DNA of 64,000 bases from Acidobacteriota bacterium. Its GTDB lineage: Bacteria > Acidobacteriota > Blastocatellia > Chloracidobacteriales > JADJPF01. Positions 29,752-38,800 of this stretch are shown here, piece by piece; positions within the stretch are counted from its first letter, which is position 1; each line of letters begins with the position of its first letter. The notes below the pieces were generated by a model, which made no database searches, had not been told where the DNA came from, and saw nothing but the letters and a program-made list of their open reading frames with translations. Location: contig JACQZQ010000108.1 in the NCBI GenBank assembly GCA_016213785.1, forward strand, positions 57,270 to 121,269. The letters run 5' to 3'. The position numbers and the translations under genes are program-made.

Positions 29752-30876
29752 TTAAGTAATAATCCAATCTACCTTATGTGCTTCAGTAAGATTAGGGATT
29801 TCTAGGCCATAAATCATTTTTTTAATTACTTGTCTAGGGACAGTTTCATCTCTTTTTTGATTACGTTTAAATAGTTCATCTAAAAAAGTTTCTAAATAAA
29901 CAATTCTAGTACGTGCTTGATAATTGCTAAAAAGGTCAATTAATTGGCTACGACGTGAGCATATTGTATTAGTAGCATTCCATACAAAATTTTTTTTATT
30001 TCTTAAAAACACTCTTGCCCTTTCTTTAGATTCTCTAATAATTTCACCTTGATTTTTATTTGGAGCTATTTTTAACTCCTTACGAATATCATCTAGAGAA
30101 ATTACTGGCAAAGCTAGATTTTCTTTAATCCAAGTATCTTTTCCCGAAGCAGGCAAACCACACATTAAGATAACCTCAAAAGAAGTATCATCATAGGCGT
30201 GATAATTTGGATCTCCTGTTTTTTGAAAGTAAATAAAACGGCTATGATCAGATGGAAACTTTCTAGCAGAATCAAAACATTTTTCTTCTTTAATAAACTC
30301 TATAAATAGCTCTAATCTTTCTAATAAGCCTTTTTGTTCTTGATAGTTACGTGTCAGTGCATCTACTTGAAAAAGTATGGATAACCAATCTAAGCGCATT
30401 ATTTGGCTAGCTTTAATAATAGAAAACTTTGGATCTATTCTTTCAAAAAGATAAAAAGGCAATGAAAATTCGCTAATTAAAGCAACAATCATTTCTCTAA
30501 TAAAAAACGGAATTTTCATTTCCCAAAGAATTTGTCTAACTATTTTTGAGCTATTTTTTGTATGCTTATATAAAGAATTTTGTTCATTTATATAAGTATT
30601 AAAAACTGTTTTAGCAACATTTTCTAAGATAACTGCTAGAAAGAGTATAGATTGAGTTTGTTTAGTTAATTCATTCCAAATAGGTAGGGTAACAAGTATT
30701 TCACAAGCTAGCTTTGTATGAGCTAGAAGATCTTTTTCTAGATATGTTTGGTCTTGTAAATAATTTCTTAAGCCTCTTAGCCACTCAAATTCTTCTAACA
30801 TATTTGTCCAATTAATAGGAGAGTTAGAATCAAGAGCAGAGAAACTCCAACCAAAATCAGGAAATGGGCTTAACAT
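29752..30876 (-). CDS. Two-domain protein: N-terminal HD-phosphohydrolase-like domain (HD dyad absent) + C-terminal P-loop polynucleotide-kinase-like domain
   Basis: C-terminal Walker A MCGLPASGKDTW, followed by VWNATN and a kinase-like lid. The N-terminal about 230 aa is helical with AHTKLACEIL...LAVILENVAKT, where I expect H...HD in this family. Overlaps the upstream ligase gene by 7 nt. Confidence 0.75.
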   Translation of the reverse strand: MLSPFPDFGWSFSALDSNSPINWTNMLEEFEWLRGLRNYLQDQTYLEKDLLAHTKLACEILVTLPIWNELTKQTQSILFLAVILENVAKTVFNTYINEQNSLYKHTKNSSKIVRQILWEMKIPFFIREMIVALISEFSLPFYLFERIDPKFSIIKASQIMRLDWLSILFQVDALTRNYQEQKGLLERLELFIEFIKEEKCFDSARKFPSDHSRFIYFQKTGDPNYHAYDDTSFEVILMCGLPASGKDTWIKENLALPVISLDDIRKELKIAPNKNQGEIIRESKERARVFLRNKKNFVWNATNTICSRRSQLIDLFSNYQARTRIVYLETFLDELFKRNQKRDETVPRQVIKKMIYGLEIPNLTEAHKVDWIIT

Positions 30877-31673
30877 AAAGGATTACCAGTAGAAAAAAGG
30901 TCTACACCATCTTTTAATAAATTAGGGATTATTGGGCGAGATTGCCAATGGCTTTCTGAATTTTCTACTGCGCTTAAAAAACTAGCCCTGACATATTTAT
31001 AACGTGCTTTTACTACTCTATCTTCTTCTACTTTAATATAAAGACCTTCCATATCAATGCTTTGATCGGTTTCTTTTATAGCACGATCAATATTTAAGCT
31101 TTTTTCTTGGCAAATTTCTTTTAGTTTATCTAAATGATTTTGAGATATAAAATTAGACTTTCCTAATAATTTATCTAGCTCTTTTTGTTTTTTTAGTTTT
31201 CCAGTAAAAAGCACTGGAGCCGAGACTACTGGTAAATTTCCTAGTAGCTCTTGTCTAGATTTAGTACTAAGAAACTGCATTTCTTTTTTATCCAAAACAT
31301 CAAACTCTATAAAGTAATGTGGAAGTAAGTCATAGAAAACAGTATGTTTAGCATAAAGCCATTCACCATAAAGAGTATAGCGAGAGCCTAAAGTTTTCCA
31401 TAAAGCACTAGTATGACAATTTGCCCATTGTTTGAGTAGGTTAAAATGCCGTTCGCTATAACCTCCAAGTAAAAAATGTCCCCGGCTTTGTAAAAATATT
31501 TGTCCTAGTTCATTAAAACTAATTGCAGAATTGGCACCATCAAGCTTTTCTTCTATAACAATATCGCTTTCAGCAATTTCATAAAATGGTACAGACTCTA
31601 GATCTTCATCACCTAATTGATAGCGAGAGCCTTCTAAATGAGGGGTTCGAGGGTATTTATAAATTTTATCCAT
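30870..31673 (-). CDS. ATP-dependent RNA-ligase-family nucleotidyltransferase (267 aa)
   Basis: YPRTPHLEGSR N-terminus. Motif I IEEKLDGAN (KxDG, adenylylated Lys). LYGEWLYAKH and MEGLYIKVE are motif IV/V-like. Start ATG overlaps the methyltransferase stop (TAATG). Confidence 0.75.
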   Translation of the reverse strand: MDKIYKYPRTPHLEGSRYQLGDEDLESVPFYEIAESDIVIEEKLDGANSAISFNELGQIFLQSRGHFLLGGYSERHFNLLKQWANCHTSALWKTLGSRYTLYGEWLYAKHTVFYDLLPHYFIEFDVLDKKEMQFLSTKSRQELLGNLPVVSAPVLFTGKLKKQKELDKLLGKSNFISQNHLDKLKEICQEKSLNIDRAIKETDQSIDMEGLYIKVEEDRVVKARYKYVRASFLSAVENSESHWQSRPIIPNLLKDGVDLFSTGNPLC

Positions 31674-32374
31674 TAATTAACCACCTTAGCGACAGCAATA
31701 ATATGGTTTAGCACATATTCAAACCTAACTTGTGTAGTGCCCGCTATTTCAAACATAGATTTTAATCTTTCTTGATTAAATAAATGTAGATGTTCTGGAT
31801 TATTATCTTCTTTTGATGGAACAGATATAATAACAAATCTTTTTGCAACTCTAACAATTTGAGTAAGTGCTTCTTGTGCTCTAGGAATATGTTCTAGTAC
31901 CTCTAACATTGTAATAACATCAAAAGATTTATTCTTAAAATCTAGTTCTGTAACATCTAGATTTTTTGCTTCTAGATTGGTAACACCACCTTTATTTACA
32001 GCTTGAATATCATTTACTCTTATAGGGTCTTGATCAATAGATGTAACTAAAAGATCTGGAAAAGTATCTAACATAGGCCAAAGAAATGTACCTCGACCAC
32101 TACCAATATCTAATAAATTAATAGGTGAAAGCCCTTGTAAAATACCTAATACTTTACTAACACGAGCAAGCCCCATTGTACGTTTAAATTTATGTAAACG
32201 AAGACCACTAGCTAGACCAAACTCAACAATTTCACATAACTCTGAATCTACTAACTCACCTAATAAAGGTTCAGATAACTTACTTGGTAAGTTATAATTT
32301 TCTTGATTAGAAGCAAGTTTACCACGTACAAAAGCTGCTGCTAATTTTGCAAAATATTGTTCTAAAATATCCAT
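31673..32374 (-). CDS. Class I SAM-dependent methyltransferase, possibly Hen1-like (233 aa)
   Basis: Motif I LLDIGSGRGTF, SIDQD, FDVITMLEVLEHIP, PEHLHLF. First gene of the three-gene overlapping operon. Confidence 0.8.
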   Translation of the reverse strand: MDILEQYFAKLAAAFVRGKLASNQENYNLPSKLSEPLLGELVDSELCEIVEFGLASGLRLHKFKRTMGLARVSKVLGILQGLSPINLLDIGSGRGTFLWPMLDTFPDLLVTSIDQDPIRVNDIQAVNKGGVTNLEAKNLDVTELDFKNKSFDVITMLEVLEHIPRAQEALTQIVRVAKRFVIISVPSKEDNNPEHLHLFNQERLKSMFEIAGTTQVRFEYVLNHIIAVAKVVN

Positions 32375-32568
32375 AAAATATAGCTACTAAATCAAATTAT
32401 GCTTGTATATAAAGATAAAAGCTCATATTACAATTTTTATAAGTTTTTCTAAATAGTTTGTTGGTTATGTAGCTTTAAGCTGTTAGAATTATGCTAAGGC
32501 AATTGCACTTACACGATTAAGCTATCAGGTAAGAATAAGTAATTATTTTAGCAAAAGAGGGCAAAGTT

Positions 32569-35500
32569 ATGGATATCTTCAACTTATCACTATATATAGC
32601 AGGTATCTTCTTGCTTATAAAAGGCTTACAGTATAGTTTAGTTTGGGTTAAATTAATGAGAGAGCGTCAACAAGTCCTCTGTCATGAATGGATTGCGCCA
32701 TCAGAAATACCAGAAAAATTTACTCCTGTTTGGGTAGAAGCCGATCAAGCCCTAAGTCAACTTGGTTTTCAATATGCCTATGCCCAAAGAGTTAAAATAG
32801 CAAGCCAAGATACTTTTTATTATATATATGTTCATCCAGAACTAGCTATTTTTGCTAACACAAGCCCTACATTGCTTTCATCAGGCTCTCGCCCTTTTGA
32901 TGTAGTATTTACTTCTATATTTGAAAATAGTGAGATAGCAACTACTACAGATTGCTTAAATAATATTGAGCTACCTTATTCTAGTAATGTGCATTGTCAA
33001 ACGCTTTTTTTAGGCGATTTACAAGAACATTTACAAGCTCATATCACTCTAGTAAATAAACTTAGGTTTAGTAAACAGACTCGTCTTATTTATCCAACAA
33101 TTGACGATCACTTAGCTATAGAAAACCAATATGAGCAAAGTTCTTTTTCCTATAGGGTTAGCCAAGGTTTAATTGTGCCTATTGGAAATGAGCAAGTCTG
33201 GCGCTATAGCGCAATTGGAGCGCTAAAACTTATACAGCCGATATTTAGCGCTTCTAAAAAATTATCTAATGCAACTAAAGCTAATGCAATAAAAGCTTTA
33301 GCTAGCCCATTAAAAACATCTGATACTCAAACAGACCCAAGAACAAATGCACAATTAGTTGCAAGTGTAACGGCATTTGAAAGAGTCTTAGAAGATGAGA
33401 AAAGAAAACAAGCTTGGGGGTGGATGACAAAAACTGTTTTATTTGTTGTAAGTGTTATAGTTACAGCAATAGCATTTGGGTTTACTTTTTCTTGGAAAAC
33501 AGTACCTATTTTTTTAGGAATTTTATTTATTCATGAATTAGGCCATTTAGTAGGGATGAAGCTTTTTGGTTATAAAGATACCCAAATATTATTTTTACCT
33601 TTTCTTGGAGCAGTTACCATTGGAGAAAAAGAAAATGTTACTCCAATGCAAAAACTTGTAATTTATTTACTTGGGCCTGTTCCAGGTGTAATTGGTGGAT
33701 TTATCGCTGGTTATATTTACCTACTTACAGGAAAAGATATTTGGTATGAAATTGCTTTAATGGCAATTATTATTAATTATATTAATTTATTGCCAATACT
33801 ACCTCTAGATGGTGGTCGTGTAGTAGAAGCAATATTTTTTTCTCGCTTTCCTCGTGCTCAATCAATAGTTTATATAATAAATACTTGTATCTTAGTTTTG
33901 TTTTATTTTTTGCTACACGACAAAATATTACTGTTTTTAATTATAGCTTCTACACTTTCAATACCCTATCAATGGCGTTTTGGTAAAGCAGCTAAAGAAG
34001 TCTCTAATTTATTACCACCAGAACATAATCGCACCAATAGATTAGAGGCAATTTTTCAAGTATTAAATACTCAGCCAGCTTTTCTTAAACAAGCTTTACC
34101 TGAGAAACATCTCTTAGCAAAACAACTGCTTTCTTATTTTTCTAATGCAACCCCAACACTTAAAACTATGGTTACTGGAGGAATAATTTATTTCTTAATG
34201 TTGGGTTTACCTATAGGTGGTGTAGTTGGTTGGGTAGCAGTTAACTGGTTTACTATGTATGGATTTACCTCTAGCTCAAATCAAACTCTTACAAGCGAAA
34301 AAATAGAAAAACCTAATTGGGATGAGAAAATAAAACAGGCAACTGATGATGAAAAACGTTGGCAAGCTTTAATGGATGCAGCTAGAAATTTTTATGATGA
34401 AGATGAGAAAGAAACTAATAATAAAGCTAAAAGTTACTATTTACAGGCTTTAGAAATAGCTAAAACTTTCCCTGCTCCAGATTTACGTTATATAGATAAT
34501 TTAACAGAGTTAGGTGATATTACCCCTAAAGAAGAGTCAAGAAACTATTATTTACAAGCTCTTGACTATGCAGAAAAAAATCATCCTACAAACAACTTGG
34601 AATTAGCTAAACTCCTAGAAAGATTATCTAGTAGTTATTCTTTAGAAACCCAAGAAAAAATTAAATGTTTAGAAAAAGCTTTAGAAATAAGAAAAAACCA
34701 ACCTGTTAATAGTAGTACACCAAGTAAAGGCGAAGATAAAATTTATGGAGGAAGTCCTGATCTATCTATAATGATTAGCCATCAAAGCTATTTAGCTAGT
34801 CTATATGAAGAAAACAAAGAGTTTAATAAAGCAGAAGATTGTCTAAAAAATACTCTTTCTCTATGTAAATCAAATAAAACTTTAGAAAATAGAATCGTCT
34901 ATGTAGTAGAGAAGTTAGCAGACTTTTACTTGCGCCAAGAAAAAGTCTCTTTAGCCAAAGAAATTCTAATAGAAACCTTAGAACAACAAAAACTAATATT
35001 ATTGCAAAAGAAGGAAAAACCTTATGATGTAGGTTTTGAGCAAAGTGTTTTAATTAGCCACTTAGCTTGGGTTTGTGTTATAGATAAAGACTTTAGTAAA
35101 GCTAATGAATTTTTTGAAGAATCGCTTAAACTAAAACTTAATTCCATTGCTCAAGAAGATAAATCTTGGGTTAATTGGTTAATTTCTAAAATGTACTCTG
35201 TTGATAAGAGTTTTATTACCTTACAAAATTTTCTTGATCTTTGCTATATACAACTTCAACAAGGTAAATTAGAAGAGGCTAAAATAACTTTTAATAAAGT
35301 TAAAAACATTGTTACATCGCTAAAAGGTCAGACTCTAGAAACATATCATAAAAGCCTAGATCGTAATGCTAAATATACAGCTAGTATTGCTAAGCAAAAA
35401 CTTATAAGTAAAGACATTGATCAGACTAACAGAAAGGATGATAAAAAGTTTGAGGATTTTGAAGATTCTGAAGATTCTGAAGATTTTGAAGTGCTTAAGG

Positions 35501-35619
35501 CTTTTCAAAATCCTCCAGAAATAGACTTAACAGATCCTTTAATAGAAAAAGCCAAACAAAGTGATTGGCAGCTTTTAAGGACTTTAGCTCATAAAGAAGT
35601 ATTTGATAGGTTAAAGTAA
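32569..35619 (+). CDS. Polytopic M50 (site-2-protease-like) metalloprotease fused to a C-terminal TPR-like region (1016 aa)
   Basis: HELGHLVGMKLFGY (HExxH in a TM helix), NLLPILPLDGGRV (LDG motif), multiple TM helices at aa 290-560. The C-terminal about 430 aa has TPR-like helical repeats (YYLQALEIAK, YYLQALDYAEK) and an acidic EDFEDSEDSEDFE tail. Confidence 0.75.
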   Translation: MDIFNLSLYIAGIFLLIKGLQYSLVWVKLMRERQQVLCHEWIAPSEIPEKFTPVWVEADQALSQLGFQYAYAQRVKIASQDTFYYIYVHPELAIFANTSPTLLSSGSRPFDVVFTSIFENSEIATTTDCLNNIELPYSSNVHCQTLFLGDLQEHLQAHITLVNKLRFSKQTRLIYPTIDDHLAIENQYEQSSFSYRVSQGLIVPIGNEQVWRYSAIGALKLIQPIFSASKKLSNATKANAIKALASPLKTSDTQTDPRTNAQLVASVTAFERVLEDEKRKQAWGWMTKTVLFVVSVIVTAIAFGFTFSWKTVPIFLGILFIHELGHLVGMKLFGYKDTQILFLPFLGAVTIGEKENVTPMQKLVIYLLGPVPGVIGGFIAGYIYLLTGKDIWYEIALMAIIINYINLLPILPLDGGRVVEAIFFSRFPRAQSIVYIINTCILVLFYFLLHDKILLFLIIASTLSIPYQWRFGKAAKEVSNLLPPEHNRTNRLEAIFQVLNTQPAFLKQALPEKHLLAKQLLSYFSNATPTLKTMVTGGIIYFLMLGLPIGGVVGWVAVNWFTMYGFTSSSNQTLTSEKIEKPNWDEKIKQATDDEKRWQALMDAARNFYDEDEKETNNKAKSYYLQALEIAKTFPAPDLRYIDNLTELGDITPKEESRNYYLQALDYAEKNHPTNNLELAKLLERLSSSYSLETQEKIKCLEKALEIRKNQPVNSSTPSKGEDKIYGGSPDLSIMISHQSYLASLYEENKEFNKAEDCLKNTLSLCKSNKTLENRIVYVVEKLADFYLRQEKVSLAKEILIETLEQQKLILLQKKEKPYDVGFEQSVLISHLAWVCVIDKDFSKANEFFEESLKLKLNSIAQEDKSWVNWLISKMYSVDKSFITLQNFLDLCYIQLQQGKLEEAKITFNKVKNIVTSLKGQTLETYHKSLDRNAKYTASIAKQKLISKDIDQTNRKDDKKFEDFEDSEDSEDFEVLKAFQNPPEIDLTDPLIEKAKQSDWQLLRTLAHKEVFDRLK

Positions 35620-35827
35620 TTTAACTATAGCTACTGTATAAAACCTAATTATTATAACTAGCATACTGTAAATTACTCAAAATAAAACTTTAATTTATGG
35701 ACTAAATATTTCTTTAACAAAAGTTTAAGGAAAACTTAATGAAACATTAAATTTTTTCTGCAAAATCTCAGTGTCCTCTTAAGCCAAAATCCGATAAAAT
35801 AGAGCTTGGGGTTACTCTAATCCAATT

Positions 35828-38800
35828 ATGTCGTCACAACCTATAAAATCTTTTATTACAATTCATAATATTGATCAGACAACTAGACTTGATTCAGCGA
35901 CAAACGAGCAAGTAGTTAACTCTTATCAATGTACAGAACCGGCTGCTACTGTTTTAGCATCGCTTGTTGAGCAAGCCCGTAGCGGTTCAATAGCTATTGT
36001 TACAGGTGTGCGCGGTGTTGGTAAAAGTCATTTACTTGCGTTTTTAAGAGCAATTATTGCCCAACCAGATCTTATTAAAAAAGTCTCCCATCCTTTTGCA
36101 CGTAGAATTTTAGAAAAAGCTGTTGATAAAAGACCTCGCTCCCAAACTGTGGTAACAATAAATTGTGATAGCGAGCAAACAGACGTTAATCTACTCTCTA
36201 CTCGGGGAGACGCTCAAATCGAAGCAGCTTGTGCTACTGGAAAAAATGTTTTTGTTTTTATTGATGGACTCTCGCTTCTACTTCGCCGTTCTAAGCGGGA
36301 AGAATGTCTCCAATGGCTGGTTAGTTTAGCACATAATGCTGATGCCCAACGATATCAACTTTTTATTACATTAGATCAAGATTTAATAGAAATTTTAACC
36401 AAAGCTTTTTCAAATAGCCAAATCCTATCAGCAATAGAAACTATTGCAGCAAATAACCTAGCTTTAGTACTTGATCAATTTATTTGCCCTAAAAAACCTG
36501 AGCAAAAACGTGCTTTAGATAACCTTTACGATGAGCTATGCCGTAAAGTACCTCATTTTCAATGGAGTCACCAAGATTTTCTGCAAGCTTTTCCTCTTCA
36601 TCCTCAAGTATTAGAGCTTGCTCCAGCACTTCGTACTTATGCTCGTACCTTTTCCCTACTAAGTTTTTTTTATACTGTTGCCCCTCGCGCCATTATGAGA
36701 CGGGGATTTAACCTAATTAGTTTAGTAGAGGTTTTTGATACCTTTGAATATGACCTTCGTCGTAATAGAGCACTATCTTACTTATTTAGTACCTATGATT
36801 ATTTACTAGATAATTTTGTTAAGGCACTGCCATCAGTTCAACAATTTCATGGAAAATTCCTATTAAGAGCCATTACATTACTTTCCTTAAAAGAAAGATC
36901 TTATACAGCTTTAGAAATAGCTGATAGTGTAATGCTTTTTGATGATAGTCCAACAATGCTTTTTCGTCAGTCAATGAAAACTATTATGGATTTTATGGCT
37001 ACTGCGGCTAATGAAAAAATGACTGTTTCATTAGTAGAGGGAGAAAAAAAATTCCAACTCTCTTTAGCAGAAGTTAGCTCAGTTGATCCTATAGAAGAAG
37101 CAACTAAAACAATTGAGGATGATGATAGTAGGTTAATAGAGACTTTAATTGATAGTGGAAAAGAAAATTTTAAGGATTGGCCTTTAGTTTTTTCTTCAGA
37201 TAATAATTTCCAAAGACGTGCTGAAATAGAATTAATATGGCGAGGAACTGCCCGTAGAGGGATACTTAAGCTAGGTGGATCTACGGAAATATCTAGTAAT
37301 AATAGTAAACAAAGAAATTTAGAATGGCAATTAACCCTTGTTTCCCCTTCATCATTAGACCAATATAGAACAGAAGTCCCAGAAAACCTAGTAGTCCGTT
37401 ATTGGTATCCTGCTCCCTTAGAGCCTGACCATTTATTGTTACTTAAGCGATTATTAGTAATTCGCCAACAAGGGCATAATCTACTTAGTCCAGAAGAATT
37501 AAAAGCAGAGGAAATTTATTTAACTACCCAAGCAGCTAAAATATTCTCTCGTTGTTATTTAGAGTCTGGTTCATTAGGTAATGCTCAACAAAATACTGCC
37601 CAAACTTTCTCTAGCCAAGAAAAACGCTTACCTAATTTACTAGGGACAATGCTTGACCCAATTCTAAAAAATAAATTATCTAAACACCCCATTCTTGGTG
37701 ATATCCTTAATGAAAGAACCTTAAAGGTATTAGCAAGAGGCTTTTTCTATCAGTCAGAATGGTCACGACCAGAACTAAAAAAATACTTAGGTCAATTTGC
37801 TTTACCACTTCATATTGTAAGTTTGGTAGGAGAAAATTTTGAATTCTCCCTCCCTTCAGATATTCCAAAAGATTCTCCATTAGGTAAAATTCTTAGTGCT
37901 TTAGAAAGATCCTATGCACAAACCATTAATCGTGTAGACATAGAAAGGCTTCTTTGTAATGAGCCTTTTGGTTTACAACAAACTCTATTACTACTTTTAG
38001 TTTTAGGAGCAGCGGCAGCAGGTCATATTATTTTGACAGATAATGCAGGTGAGGTAATTCTTACTAATGCAGGAATTCGCAGTGGCTATGATGTAGCTAA
38101 CTATACAAAAGTCTGTTTGCCTAACACATTACAACCACAGGAAGAACCCATTTTAGCTCTGCCAATTAAGACAGAATCTAGATTTAATAATTTACAAGAA
38201 AATGTTCTTAAAGAAGCAGTAGCAGAAGTTTTAAGTGCTACTCCTACAACTAAAGAATCTAAACCAACAGAAGAAGAAGATAACCAACTTTTAGAGTTTT
38301 ATCAATCTGGCTTTTTTTCAAGATCTGCTATTGGTAATGAACCTACAATAAAATCCTTAACTACAACAGATACACCAAGTATAACTAAAATTCGCAAAAC
38401 AACTAGTGGAGAAATAACTACAGTATCAACAAATGAAGAACTATTAACAGAACCAACAGAGACTAGTGAAGAGGATGAATTATTAGAATTTTATCAATCT
38501 GGTACTTTTCAAAAACCTATAATACCAGAAGAGATAGAAAAGTCTGTTGAAAAAACACCTGTTAAATTGACTAATACCTATTTACGGCCTATTACAGAAA
38601 ATGTAAAACCATTACAAGAAATTGTTCCCCCTATAAAAAATTCTTCTGAAAATAATTTTCCTTTATCTAGCTTAGACATAACCCCTTTAGTTATCTCTAA
38701 ATCACTTTTAGAATCTGATTTGTCTTTTTCATCAGAAATAATTAATAGTGAAAGAATAAATAATGAAATAGTATCTAGCTCAAGAACTGATATTTCAGAT

